The notes below the pieces were generated by a model. It did no database searches. It was not told the DNA's origin and saw only the letters and a program-made list of their open reading frames with translations. A program made the position numbers and the translations under genes. A stretch of DNA of 63,417 nucleotides, filler included, from Parasitella parasitica NRRL 2501 (taxonomy: Eukaryota; Fungi; Mucoromycota), in the NCBI GenBank assembly GCA_025201805.1. It is 6 parts of 6 records of this genome, joined end to end, with 100 filler letters (N's around TTAATTAATTAA, not from the genome) between each part and the next. Parts side by side here need not be neighbours in the genome. Positions count along the whole stretch, not along the records: positions 31,034 to 41,734 come from MU619369.1; positions 41,835 to 48,737 come from MU619507.1; positions 48,838 to 57,529 come from MU619500.1; 3 more parts are not named here. One strand, 5' to 3'. This document shows, piece after piece, positions 38,500-51,609 of this stretch (position 1 is its first letter; every line of letters starts with the position of its first letter).

Positions 38500-39250
38500 A
38501 AATGGACAGTGATACTTTTGATAAGTTCCTTTAATTGGGAGACAGTTGATGGTAGTATGTATGCCTCAATAGAACTAGCAATATACTAGTGATCATTGAC
38601 AATGTTTGCAGACATAACATGTGTATCTAGATCTGAAAGAATAGCCATGTTAAATATTTAGTCATGTAAATAAAGTCAAATTTTATGTACGATTAGAATA
38701 TTGACAGTTTTCAAGAAAGCTGCATTTCTTTCACATTTAGACTCACATCACTTTATTATGAATCGTCTTTGCTTCTACTAACAATTTACTTCGATTGGTT
38801 TGATCTTTTTAGGCCATCATAGGTGCAGACTCAACAGAGGAAACAGGGCATTCAGTACGATCAAGCTTTGCATATAATTTAAAAATGGTGTGATCATCGC
38901 TACCAGTATTCAGACCCTCTTCTCCCTTTGTATACGTATGCTAATTTTGTTCATGGGCATAAAATTTACCTAAAGTTGCCAGCGAATGTAAATTTCAGTT
39001 GTTGTAAAAGAAAATTTCAAAGAGACCAGCCCAGATTTCGACCATAACGTCTGCTCCAAATGAGGTTGGCTTTGAGAGAGTAAATACTGAGGCTTTATTT
39101 GAACCTCATATCGGCACTAATGAAAGGCAAAGAGTATGTCCTTGTTGAAAACATAGAAATTTCAGCATACACTCGATCAATGTATTAGCTAAATGCTTGA
39201 AGTAGAGTGCATTATAAAATATTCTTACATAGTAAAATTTGGTGTCATAG
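38500..39250 (-). pseudogene. Decayed Mucorales PD-(D/E)xK-like (Crinkler/CR-REase-type) gene
   Basis: Minus-strand fragments across stops/frameshifts: ADVMVEIWAGLFEI, EIYIRW|GE, IFKL, SSVESAP, NRSKLLVEAKTIHN; boundaries approximate. Confidence 0.4.
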
Positions 39251-39741
39251 ACGTTTGAAGAATAAAGGTAGGCTCTAATATGAAGATATTTTAAGGATGT
39301 TCATGTTAGCATAGTCTGGAATATTTAACTAAAACGAGACATTAATTTGTTATTATCGCTCTTGTGGTGATTTTTACAAGTGAATGGATTGATAGAGTTT
39401 TCTAACCGAATGCTACTCAAAATTGCGTCAACACTACTATAACTTGAAATACGTGTTTTATCTTAATTGCTTCCATTCACATTCATTATATCTTTCTTCA
39501 ATACCACTTTTCAAAAATTTGGACAGTGACCTTGTCAGGTACAAACAGACTTTGTGTGTAACACTTAGTTATTATAAATATCAATTGAATTCAAAAGAAT
39601 AAACATCATCTATCTTTCATCTCTTACTTTATATTTTATATAAACTTATTAAACTACACAAAACTAACACATCTCTACATTACTTTTTGTTCATAAGCTT
39701 TAACAAAACATCTACAAACACTACAAGTGCAAGTAAAATCT

Positions 39742-39813
39742 GGGCTTCTCCGGGAATCGAACCCGGGACCTCTCGCACCCTAAGCGAGAATTATACCACT
39801 AAACCAAGAAACC
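39742..39813 (-). tRNA. tRNA-Pro (AGG)
   Basis: GGTTTCT/AGAAGCC acceptor stem, CTCGC-TTAGGGT-GCGAG anticodon arm, GGTTCGATTCC T-loop. Confidence 0.95.
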
Positions 39814-39849
39814 AACTTATTTTTGGTACATGCGTATTTTTTCTTATGT

Positions 39850-41060
39850 CAACTTACAATATACTATTTCTCAAAAAGGCAACTCATTTTCACGTGATGT
39901 TTATGAAGAGTCAAGTAATACGTATTTTTTTAAATGGTGTTTGAATGCATGTTTATTCTGGAGTCTCAAGTGTTCTGAGGTGAAGGTCAATCTAAATTTA
40001 GCCTCTTATTTTGGATTATGTAATTGTTGCCGATGGCTAAATGTTGAAGTTCATGGTTACATTTTGATCTGGGGCATTTATTTTTGCTTTGAAATGGAGA
40101 TTTGGCAGTTCGATTTGACAGTTTATGATAGTTTGAAATTTAGAAAGTAGACATGTAGATGTAGATAGACATTATGAAATCGTATAAAAATGATCATTTT
40201 ATTTTTAATAAACCATATCGAAATTTTCTTTCTTGTACACTTTAGTTACTATTGTTATTTTTTCACATTTAACACCAACTACCCTAGATCTTAATTCATT
40301 TTCTCGATATACAATTTAAATAGCTCTTACAGTCTCCCTATTTACAAACAAATTTATATCACTTTGACTTACCTGCTCACTTACGAAGGTAATCATAAAG
40401 AGAACTTGACATTTATCATTTTTATTACAGATGTAAATTGTTTTTCGTGGTGCTTATTGATCATCCGCACGTGATTAGAGTCTGAGCCAATTGAAGCTAC
40501 GTTCCTGAACCTGATGTTGAAATTCTAGGAACGTCTCATCTTAGATATATATATGGAATTATGCTTCATATTTGAAATAAATCGAACTTTCTTACGTTTA
40601 AAATTCTGTCATATATACTAATTTGCTATTCTATTGCTGAGATACCATACCATCCTAGTTATTCGACATAATATACGCATAAACAACAGCAAAACAGTCT
40701 AATTAGTCTCGGGATTGACCTGTTTACTGCAAGATCTTTCCAAAACATCGCTACCAATTTCACAAAACCCGCACCGCAGAGTATCATTTTTGATGCATTC
40801 ATATTTTTTATTGTTTCCATGTACAATATACTATTTCTCAAAAAGGCAATTATTTCACGTGATGCATAAGAGTAGTAATCAAGTAATACGTATTTAAAAT
40901 GGTGTTTTCAAGGCATATTTATTCTGGAGTCTCAATGTGTTCTGAGGTGAAGTTCGATCTAAATTTAGCATCTCATTTTGGATTATGTACTGTAAATTGT
41001 TGTCGATGGCTAAATGTTGAAGTTTCATGTTGGTTACATTTTGATCTGGGGCCTTTATTT
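39850..41060. repeat. Dispersed direct duplication (~230 bp) of the tRNA-Pro upstream flank: ~39850-40085 and ~40820-41060
   Basis: Both copies share TACTATTTCTCAAAAAGGCAA, CACGTGATG, TTTATTCTGGAGTCTCAA, CGATGGCTAAATGTTGAAGTT, GGTTACATTTTGATCTGGGGC. Confidence 0.8.
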
Positions 41061-43148
41061 TTACCACAGCCTATCAGCGATTATATGCAATTCTGATATG
41101 TAAATTTGTGATGTCATCTGATAACTTTATAGATATCAATAAGAACAGGGAAACCAATGTTGCTGCCAGATAGCGCCAAGTCAACGCTAAGTTTTCCAGG
41201 TTAGATCATGGTTCTACGGTCATTTTAGCAAAAGTTATGAGCTAATATCTGATATTTATGATCAATATTGAAAAATAAAACTGTTTTCGTAGATAACTTT
41301 TGATAGACACATCGCCCAGTAGACACCAAGTTATGCTCATATAGCGATGATCATGCCTGATTTGATGGCGCATAAGACAGGCTTTGATTTAGCTCTATTA
41401 CTGTTTATTGAATAAGATTGGAAAGTTTAGAGACATGTTTCTAAATGTTGCGAATCTAGTAATATGGGAATGGTACTGGCATTTTGAAGAATTGCTTTTT
41501 CTGTACTGGTTGCGCTGTTCATATGTATAAAAGTTCGCTGGTACAATATGAAAGTTTTTTTCAGTTTTCTCCACCAAAAATTATTATATTTTGATGAAAT
41601 AAAGACCCACCGGCTCAGAAAAGGCAGCGGAGTTTGAAATCAGGCAAAAACTATTTAAAATCCGCATGTTTTTCATCAAGTTTTGGTATATACTACTTAA
41701 AAGTTTTTAAATTATTAATTTTTAATTCATATGCNNNNNNNNNNNNNNNNNNNNNNNNNNNNNNNNNNNNNNNNNNNNTTAATTAATTAANNNNNNNNNN
41801 NNNNNNNNNNNNNNNNNNNNNNNNNNNNNNNNNNGTACTTACATTGAAACGTAAAGCTGTTTTACAACGAACATATAATGCTTTTTGCTCCATTATTTAC
41901 GTATTAATACGTTCATTTATCCCATCATCTTCGCCCAATCTTACCATTCTTTAAATCAGCATTGATGTAGCAACTCTCCCAGATGTTGATATATTAAAAT
42001 AAACTCATATTAAAGAGTAAAATATCAAATCATAAAATAATATGACATGGCATTTGAGATAGATGTTATACAGTATCTCAATGACGTGGCAAGGTCTCAC
42101 ATCAGGATCTCCGATCAGTCTCAGGGTCTTACAGTAAATCATGGGTAGTCATGATTTTTATTATGCATCTAGACAGTAGAACCCTAGTGTATTGAATATG
42201 TATATAATACATCGAGAGATGTATTATGAATAAAAGTGTAATTCTTTGGCAGATTTATTTTATCAGACGACTTTTAACATAATACTTTTTTAAATCACCT
42301 TAAAATTTTTACACAACATTTTAACAAATCAATAATAACAATGTCTTCAAACATCAACACCAACGAAATTAACAGCAAGGCCACTTATGCTGAAATGGCA
42401 AGTCGACCTGCGGGATCTCGTCAGAGCTCCAACTCTACGGGATCTGTGCGTGGCTGATGCCCAAGTTGCTCTCCGTCTCCAAGACAGGCAGCTGGTAATC
42501 AAATTGCATCAAGCGATGTAAACGCTCTGTATAGTAAAAAAGTGTAAAACAACAATAAATACAATTTAATTCCTTCTTTATTTTGAAATAGAATAACGTG
42601 CAAAGTTTAGACATTTCTACTCTATTTATATTTGTTGTTGTAAACGGTTTGTCTGTCAGTTACGCCGTAATTGTCAGTCAAGTTTTTCTGTATTTGATTT
42701 TACATAATCAAGTACGGTATTCTAATATCAATTTTTCTGACACATTTGTAAATGACATGCATGGACCAGTCATGACATTGTTGGTTTATGTATTCCAAAT
42801 GTGGTTTGTGGTTCGATTTCTTGTAGTTGGTTCTCAATCGATTATAAATGTTTCGTGGTTTTACGGTTAGATATTTAGTTAATCTGTTTATTAGCTTGAT
42901 TTGGAATCTCTAAGGTAGCTCAGTAAGAGATGACATTCAATTACTTTTTTGTGGGAAGTTCTATTACTTCAGCACATTCTGCGTGACGAATTAGCATAGA
43001 TAGACCGGGAATTGAGCGAAGACGCTCTTTCCGATCATGATACTATCATGACCGATAGTAGCGAAGTAGATCTCAATGATGATGATCATTTCGAACTATT
43101 AAACAAGAAGCACCAAGAGGAGCTCTTGCAGGAAATAGTCAAGCTCCA

Positions 43149-43609
43149 TGATTTATCAGAATGAGAAATTATTCGAATAAAACGGTTGTGGATTAATCAG
43201 GTAAAGATCTCGTTTATTACATGGAAAAAATGATGGTTTATATACTAGTGAATCTAAGTGGACTGATGGGAGGATAAGATACAAGTGTGAGACATGGTGT
43301 GATTTAGAGAATGGAACGATAGATTGTATCTATTGTCCATGAACATTGATCTGCCATAATGTAGGTTAGGAGATCATGATAGTGTACTTCAATTAAAGAT
43401 TGGAGATTGTCCAATGATGTGTTGTTATACTGGTCGAAACAGGAGAATAAAGTCTTTGTTTCAAATCAGGAAGGTTATCTGTAACACAGATCTGTATGAT
43501 TGACAAACAATAAGGTACTGTCAGATCAAAGATCAATAACCTTGTAGTATAATAATATATCGTACCCTGTTAAGGATATGATGTTGCTTGNNNNNNNNNN
43601 ATCTCAACA
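43149..43609 (+). repeat. LTR (family B) inserted in gag of the decayed Ty3 element; internal 10-N gap
   Basis: 43348-43590 nearly identical to 51170-51416; both end in ATCTCAACA; left boundary approximate. Confidence 0.7.
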
Positions 43610-44298
43610 AACATGTCATGTTGAGTTATAAATAAGGAACATGATCCATTGGGATATGTTCCTGAATTGTGTTCAGGATAGAGTTTACTTGAGTTTGACT
43701 TCCGGTTGGGAAATTGACACATCACTCCAGTCCAAGCTGTGCAGAGCTGCGGAATCGGCAATGCAGCATCCTCTTAACGATGCTCTTCAAGAGAAAAGCA
43801 AAACTCTTAGGAAGCTGTTGAAAGAGGGTCAAGCAAACCATTATCTCTTGTTTAAGGATTTTGCTTCTGTTCATATTAACAAGGCTAGTGATACTGGCAA
43901 CGCCTTTGTGGTTCCTCCCAACCCCCATTAATTCAATGGAAGGGACATAAGATAAATAATCAACCTTTGGTTCATCGTACTCTTGAGGACTGTCTCCTCA
44001 ATTTCAAAAATGTTTTGGAGGAGCAGTATCAGTTAGACTTGAACGAACACTGGTACCACCTGATTAAGCCCCAGATATTTACGGGCATGGCTGGTTGGAC
44101 TTGTCAACTTGTACAAAATGAACCTCGTTTGAATTGGGACAACTTCACTGAGAAGTGGAAGGCCAAATACAATATTTCGGCCGAACAACAAAAGCGAGAT
44201 GCTATCTCAAGCCTGAAAAAGCACAAACTGGACAACTGCAGGAACTTGGAACAGTACATTGACAAGTTCAATGGTTGAAGCACCTTTCTGGTGTGAGG

Positions 44299-45132
44299 TG
44301 TGGAATCGGTATAAATTGTTATATGTATTCACGGAAAAAAAGTATAATAAAAAAACAATAAAGTCAACTTGATAAGGTATAGGTTTTATTATCAAATCGA
44401 CAGGTGTATAAAGCTCCAGTTCATCTACTGGCCAGGTAGATGAACCTTTATATACTTAAACTGTGGATTAATGTTTTATTCTCACAATTTAACATGTACG
44501 GCAATACTGCGTAACTAGCATCTTAACTTTGTGCTAACCTACATATCAGCAGACTCAAGCTAACTTAAATATATTTGAGTCAGGAGATAGACTTTACCCG
44601 AGGTAGTACCCTGATCAATCTTCTATGCGAAGATTATTAATATCGATCCATAAGCGTATATCATTCCTTGTATAGTCTTATCCAGTCTGAGTGTATATCA
44701 CTTGGTATTCATCTTAGCATATATCGGTATATGTAGCACGTCTATAGCATGTCATAAGCATATCTATAGCATTGCACATATTGTACAAGTCTGTAGTACA
44801 TGATGTATCTGTAGCTAGTATCATGGATATAAGTATATGTCTTGTAGTGCGTATCTAGAAACTGGGAATACGTATCTGAAGCATAGATTTTATATAGCAT
44901 AAGCTCGTAGCATATACTAAATCTAGTAAATGTCTAAGGCTCGTGTCGAGATATAAGTATCAGTCTATAGCGTCATCCATCCTAATGGTGCCGTCTCTAG
45001 CTTATATCTTATATAGTATAAATCTGTGTTGCACATCTTATTATCTGTGCGCATATGTAGTTTATATCAATTTAAGGTAACTGGATGAATCTAGAAGTGG
45101 AATGCAGATCATCATAGTAAATGTATTTCACA
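44299..45132. repeat. Solo LTR (family C, 834 bp) with 5-bp target-site duplication TGAGG
   Basis: TGTGGAAT...ATTTCACA termini; TGAGG at 44294-44298 and 45133-45137; removal restores the gag frame GVRESAALVEFF. Confidence 0.88.
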
Positions 45133-47189
45133 TGAGGGAATCAGCTGCTTTGGTCGAATTTTTCTTGCGTGGTCTTGAGTCAGACCTTTATGCAATTGTC
45201 TCTCTGCATATTACTCAATCGAGAGACGATAAAAAGGACACGCTGGAGTACGCAATCTCACAGTTGCGTAGCGTTTACAATTTGGTTGTAAACGACCCAC
45301 ACTATGTTGGCGAAAAGCGACGCAAGCAAAGAGAGATTGCGGCCTTGGTTGTCAGGGAGGTCAAGCAACAGACTCGCCGACAAAACTACAATGGCCAGAG
45401 CAACCGTAAGGTCAACTACCGTAATGCGGGTAAAGTGAAGAAAACTCGCCGTGCTGGAAAGCACCACGGAAGGAATAACCGTGACCAACGAAGTGGTAGC
45501 GGTGAAGTTTTGAAATGCTTTGATTGTGGGTATACACCTTTTACCTATGCACATAAGGCTGTGTGCAAAAATAATCCGGCTAAAAACAGAAAGGCTTCAC
45601 AAAACAAATGCAAGCGCATAGTGCCCTGACCTGCAGCTGCCGCTGCCTGCACTGATTCAGAGGTATCTTCATCCTCTTCATCTAGCGATAAGAGCAACCA
45701 GACGTTTTCTGTTGCTACCATTGGGGAGAAGAAGCCTGTCAGCAATGACATGGACATTGATAGCGAATGTAAGCAGCATGATTGTGAAAATTTTAGGCAG
45801 ATGCCTAGTAAAAATATGGACACTAATAGCCTTCTTTTCCTACCTGCTATTCTAGAGTCGCAAAACGGTGTTAAAGTTAACACATGGTTCTTGTTGGACA
45901 CTGGGTGCACGTTTAGTGCTATTTCCTCACAGCTAGTTGTTAATAAAAAGGGCATCATAAAATTAGTAAAAAATAAAAGCGTAGTTGATAGACAAGGACA
46001 AACTTATAAAGAGCTAAAGATAAACTATGGCTCAAAAATTGTCTATTATTCCAAGTTTGAAGTTTTTAATTTATTTGAAAACGTTCATTGTGTATTTGGC
46101 ATGGATTTGCTTTACAAAAAGTTGGTATTACTTTGGGAAATATAGCAGAAGAAGATTGGTCAGATCGAATTGGATATGAAATCCTCAAGATCGAGCCTAA
46201 TCCTTATAAGCCAAATGATGATTCATATGGATCTCAAGAAGAACGTGCAGCTATGACGGCTGAACTGCAGCCGTTTATTGATGCCAATGCTAGTGTATTA
46301 GCGCGAAGGCATATTGTAACATTCCTGGTAGTGAAATTAGATTGCCTATTAAAAAAGGCACTCCACTTGCAAATACATGTCGCCGGCATTTTCCAATTGC
46401 AGAGGCATTAAGGCCTGTAATTCAGAAACAAATTGAAAAGTGGCGAGACAATGGTGTCATTAAGAGAGCTTAACCAAATACGCCTCATAATTCACCTATT
46501 TTTACAGTGCGTAAGAAAAGCAGTGCGGGTGAATACACTGGAAAAAAACATCGTGTCGTAATTGACTGTCGGTTAATCAATAATGCATTCAATCCCGAGA
46601 AACTCGGACGATTCTCACTTCCTTTGATCAGTGATTTGCATTGCAAGATGTCGAAGCACTCTATACTGTGGTCGACTTATGCAATGTTTCCACGCTTTTA
46701 AAATTGCGAAGCGCTCACATTCTTATCTGACGTTTACAGATATGCAAGGATTGACTTGGTCCTTCTCTCACTGCCCATACGGATTGACTATGGTCTCTTC
46801 GCACGCCCAGAAAATACTTTCTAATTTGTTTGCTGATCTAAGTGCACATTATACACACTTTATTAATGATGTCACGATACATACAGAAAACGATCTACAA
46901 AAGCATACAGAGATTGTTAAAGAGGTCATTACGCGTTTAAGAAAGGCCAACTTACGTATACATACGGATAAAATGCATATTGCCCCAAAAAGCATATACA
47001 TTTTAGGGTTTTGCCTATCTAGTGAATAATGGTAACATATATCTGAGCTTGAATTTACCAGTGTGAACATAGGCCATTAGTAGTGAAGCAGCTATTTCAA
47101 TTGAGGAGCAAAACATGAACTCAATAAGAAATCTGGTTATGTATAAATATGAATCAATGGCCAAGATGCTGTAAAATATGACTTTAATA

Positions 47190-48737
47190 GTTATTTTTAT
47201 GTATCTTTATGTTTTGGTTAAAATAAATGCTACCTAATTATGACCATCACCTTTTTCCCCGCTTAAAAGCATAATCTACAATCTTTGATATCTTTGCATA
47301 CTATTAAGCGATAGAGACACAACCTTCAGCCAAAATCTTCTTTTTTTTGAAGCATTTTACAACATATCCAAGTTTTATGCATGTATGGCCATGTTTCAGA
47401 TTTTGCTATGTTTGGACCCTAAACCTCATATTCGATTTTCAGTTTTCAACTTTGGGTCAACCTTCAGGGTCATTTTTAGGTACGGATATGGGGTCCAAGG
47501 CAAGTATACACCCAAGTACTGGTATGATAACTGTACATAACCACGTCTTCTGATTCTCGATATCTATCTTTGCTGTTAAGATATTCCCAAAACCAAATTT
47601 TTCAAATTTTTCAAATTTTACAGCATATGTTCCTATAACAAGTACCAAATTGTACAGTTAAATCATGCTCGAGTTCCTAAGTAAAGTAATAAAGCACGTT
47701 TTGGTACATCTGCTGGTAATAAACATGTCATATTTAAGCTCGAATTCAACAAGCTTGGGTCAATTTTGTCTTTTTAGGTTAAACTTTGTTTCCCTGTTTC
47801 TCAAAAAACTACTATGACACTTTGGCTTGAGTGATTATTAAAATCTTTTTGAAACGTGATCCTCTACTAGATTTATTAGTTTTTACATATATATGTTCAA
47901 AAAAATATTTTTTCATATGTTTTTAGCAAAAGCTTAATTTATTTTCGTAACTTACAGAGCAATAAATGGTACATAAGGATACATGATATAGCAATACAAA
48001 AATAAAGCTACAACATAGCTAAGGAAAGGTTTTTGTTTGGTCAAAAAATACCAATTTCTGAGAGAGAAAATTTCGAAAAACGGAATTGATTTTTACCCTT
48101 TTGAATGGCTTCATTTTGGCCCTCTAAGTATAGGACCGAAAAATTGTAGATGCATTTTGGTCGAGACAAAATTTTGATTTTTGGCAGATATAATGAAGCT
48201 ACAGTTATGAACAAGATATTGATGTGTAGGTATTGACATGATGGTTTGGTTGATCAACTTTATAGAGCTGAATGTGCTCAAAATATGCTTGATTTTATTC
48301 AAAAACTATCAAAAAAGGCGTTTTTTGAATATTTGAAAAGTGGTATTAAGAAAAGATGCTTCTATACTCTTGCAATTTATATGGTTGGATGCAGAATTTA
48401 TTTCTTGTCATAAAACACTTAGTAAGCATATCCGATATACCTATTGCGTTTATGAGATATCTAGCAATGAACCATGTGCAAAAAGCTCGAAATTTGGTTT
48501 GGGTCAAATGGAAATACAGTGCTGAGATTCAATCTACGGCCTTTTTTTTCGCTGTAAATGAGTCCAACACCTATTTTCAATTGAAGAGCAAAAAGCATGA
48601 CTCTAATAGGCACCTTGCGTATGTCTCCATATGAATCGATAACTGAGATACTGCATAATACGGGCTAAAACCATTTTTGTATACCTTTATTTTTGGATGA
48701 AATAAATACCATCAAATCTGAAGTATTACTTCTTTTT
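47190..48737. repeat. ~1.47 kb non-coding tandem repeat unit, array 1 (one unit plus start of next, cut by linker)
   Basis: High similarity to 51634-53180; unit-start motif GGCTAAAACCATTTTTGTATACC recurs at ~48662. Confidence 0.85.
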
Positions 48738-48909
48738 NNNNNNNNNNNNNNNNNNNNNNNNNNNNNNNNNNNNNNNNNNNNTTAATTAATTAANNNNNNN
48801 NNNNNNNNNNNNNNNNNNNNNNNNNNNNNNNNNNNNNTTTTTATTTTCACATAAAATTGATCCCAATTTTATTGCACACATCAATATTCTCATAAGAACA
48901 TTGGCGAGG

Positions 48910-51169
48910 CCATAGTGGCAACGGTCGTCTACTTTCCCGCTTCCAGACCTGAACGATTCCGCCTCTTGTCCACCATCCTTGATGACTTTCGCTCGGTGTT
49001 TGCGTCGTCTCCCTCACGCTCCGTCGTGCTGGGCGACTTTAACTACACCTACTCCAATGCGTCTTCGTCTCGGAACCGTCAAGCTCCTCACAGCTGGCTC
49101 AAATACATTGATGATCACTTCTTCAATAGTGTCACGCCTCCGGGCAATGCGTCTTCTGTTACTTTCCAGCGTGGAGTCTCGCAATCCTGCATCGACCACA
49201 TCATGTTGTCTAATGACCTAGTAGCTTCGTCCGTCGCCTTTGATCATTGCAACACAACGTATATCCAGCCTGCTTGGTCTGATCACTTTTTGATTTCCTC
49301 GCGCAGCTCCGTCTCCTTCCCGCCCCGGATGCTTCGTCTGCTTCTGCTGTTGGTAAAGGCCTGTGGAGAGCTCATCCTCGCCTGGCCGCTATCCCTTTTT
49401 TAAGCACCAGCTGTATAAGAGGCTCTCTCGAAACGTCTTGCCACACTCGATGCATCCCTCTCAGCTGCCCAGAAATGGGAGCAGCTCAAACTAACAACGG
49501 CTCGTACCGCCAAGTCATTTTCTCGTCGTCAGGCATACACCTTGTCGAGTGCCGAAGATCTTTTGCACACAAAGCGCTCAGGGCTATCGCAGAAATTGAC
49601 CGCAGATCCTTCTCTTCGTCCAGTGTTGGATCCCCAAATGAAAATTGTCGAGGACCAGCTAGCCTCCCTCCAAACGTACCATGTTGACACCTTGGCACTT
49701 CGCTCTGGCATTCGCTAGCGTGAACGCGGTGAGACCTCGGCCGGTTACTTGAAACGCTCTGTTGCCTCCAGGGCTTCCAGGAAGCTGATTCTGCCGTTGA
49801 TCCATCCGACCTCGCAATCCCGTTGCACTACCAAAGAAGATATGCTTGATGCTGCCTCTACCTTCTATACAGACCTGTATTCGCCCGATGTCATCGACCC
49901 TCAGGCTATCTCTGATTTGCTGGATGCGCTCCCTGCCTCACTCCGTCTTTCGGATGCTGCCGCTGCTTCTGTCGTTGCGCCGATTACCTTTGAGGATCTG
50001 GTTGAAGCCTTCTCCCATGCTCCCGAAAAATCGTCTCCTGGCACAGATGGTCTCCCGTACCAACTTGTCCGCCTCATCGTTCTTTACCCAGAGTGCCGCG
50101 AAATCGCCCTGGCCAAATTCAACAATTCCTTGTCCTTTGCTGATGTTCCGCTCTCCTGGCTCGAGTCGTGCTTTTGCTTGCTTCCCAAGAAAGGTGTATT
50201 AGACCTCCTGAAGAACTGGCGCCCCATCGCACTCATCAACACTGATGCCAAAGTCTTCACTCGCATTCTCAGCAGTCGCATGATTGAATCCGCTTCAATG
50301 CTCATCAACCCCCATCAAACCGGCTTTGTTCGTGGTCGCTTCATTGCTGACAATGGTATGTTGATGAAGCTCGTCATGGAACATGCCAAGCTCTCTGGCT
50401 CCTCCAGTATTGGCCTACTGCTGGACCAGGAAAAAGCGTACGACCGTGTCCATCCTGTGTATCTTCGGGCGGTTCTCCTTCGTTTTGGCTTCCCAGTGAC
50501 CTTGGTTGATTGCATCTCCCACTTGTTTTTTGATACCCATTTGGTCGTCAATGTCAACGGATTTCTGTCACCAAGCGTCCCCCAACTACGAGGCCTCAAA
50601 CTAGGCGACCCAATCAGCCCCATCTTGTTCAATCTCGCATTTGAACCGCTCCTGTGCCGCATCTTGGCAGACTCGGCCTTGACCGGTTATGCTCTTCCTT
50701 TGCCTCCTCCAGCTCTGGCACCCGCCACCGCAGCGCCCACGGCAGTGAAAATGTTGGCGTACGCCGATGATATTGTTTGCCTATTGAACTCCCCGCCTGA
50801 TCTCGACCGTCTTCAGCAGCACTTGCAGGTCTACTCGGCAGCCTTCAACGCCTTGGTGAACTACCATAAGACCGAAGTGATTTCTCTTTCCGGCTCTTCT
50901 CTGATCTATGCATCCACCTGGCGTCCTGCATTACTTAGACATAACATCACCAGCTGGCATGACGCTCGCTCACCTTCGCCTATCCGGTACCTCGGTTTTC
51001 CTCTGTACACTTCCACTGCATAACGGAATGTGTTTCTAGAGAGACTTCTCGATTCGGTGCAGCAAGGCTGTCAGATCCATCAACAACGCGGTTTGTCTGT
51101 GCGAGGCAGGTCGACTGTCCTCAACTCCCTCCTCCTCAGCAAAATTTGGCATGTGCTCCGCGTACTGAC
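48910..51169 (+). mobile_element. L1/Tx1-clade non-LTR retrotransposon ORF2 fragment (APE endonuclease + RT), disrupted and 3'-truncated
   Basis: VVLGDFN, SCIDHIM, WSDH; SPGTDG, NWRPIALINTDAK, DQEKAYDRV, GLKLGDPISP, AYADD; VLNSLLLSKIWHVLR; GC-rich; frameshifts and stops. Confidence 0.92.
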
Positions 51170-51604
51170 TGATCTGCCATAATGTAGGTTAGGAGATCAT
51201 GATAGTGTACTTCAATTAAAGATTGGAGATTGTCCAATGATGTGTTGTTGTTATACTGGTCGAAACAGGAGAATAAAGTCTTTGTTTCAAATCAGGAAGG
51301 TTATCTGTAACACAGATCTGTATGATTGACAAACAATAAGGTACTGTCAGATCAAAGATCAATAACCTTGTAGTATAATAATATATCGTACCCTGTTAAG
51401 GATATGATGTTGCTTGCAAATTATTCTTATCGATTACTATCGACTAGTATTTTAAATAAGTCACCAAAAATTTATGTTGTTGTAAAAAGTATAAATAGCA
51501 GATGCAAAGTTGAATCTTTAATAAAGTAATCTCAAGTTTTCGTATCTCGTTAATTCAACGTTTTATATTATACTTTTCTTATTTCGATCTTGCAGATCTC
51601 AACA
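51170..51604 (+). repeat. LTR fragment (family B), 5'-truncated, fused to the LINE
   Basis: Near-identical to 43348-43609; contains TATAAATA and AATAAA; ends TCTCAACA. Confidence 0.8.
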
Positions 51605-51609
51605 AATCG

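Larger units (their letters stand above)
41966..47029 (+). mobile_element. Degenerate Ty3/gypsy LTR retrotransposon (5' LTR ~41966-42279, gag, PR, RT) interrupted by nested insertions
   Basis: TGTAG..TAACA LTR; gag pieces (42341.., 43641.., 43967.., 45133..) with CFDCG..H..C knuckle; protease LLDTGCTFSAI; RT NSPIFTVRKK, RVVIDCR, CPYGL, decayed FINDV; many stops. Confidence 0.8.

Noticed and set aside
39687-39944. ORF overlapping tRNA-Pro (and 62455..62748 over tRNA-Gly)
   Set aside because: Spurious antisense translations of tRNA genes
42279-42295. TAATACTTTTTT after the 41966 LTR as a second self-priming site
   Set aside because: Complement within the LTR (AAAAGTGTAA) is imperfect and low-complexity
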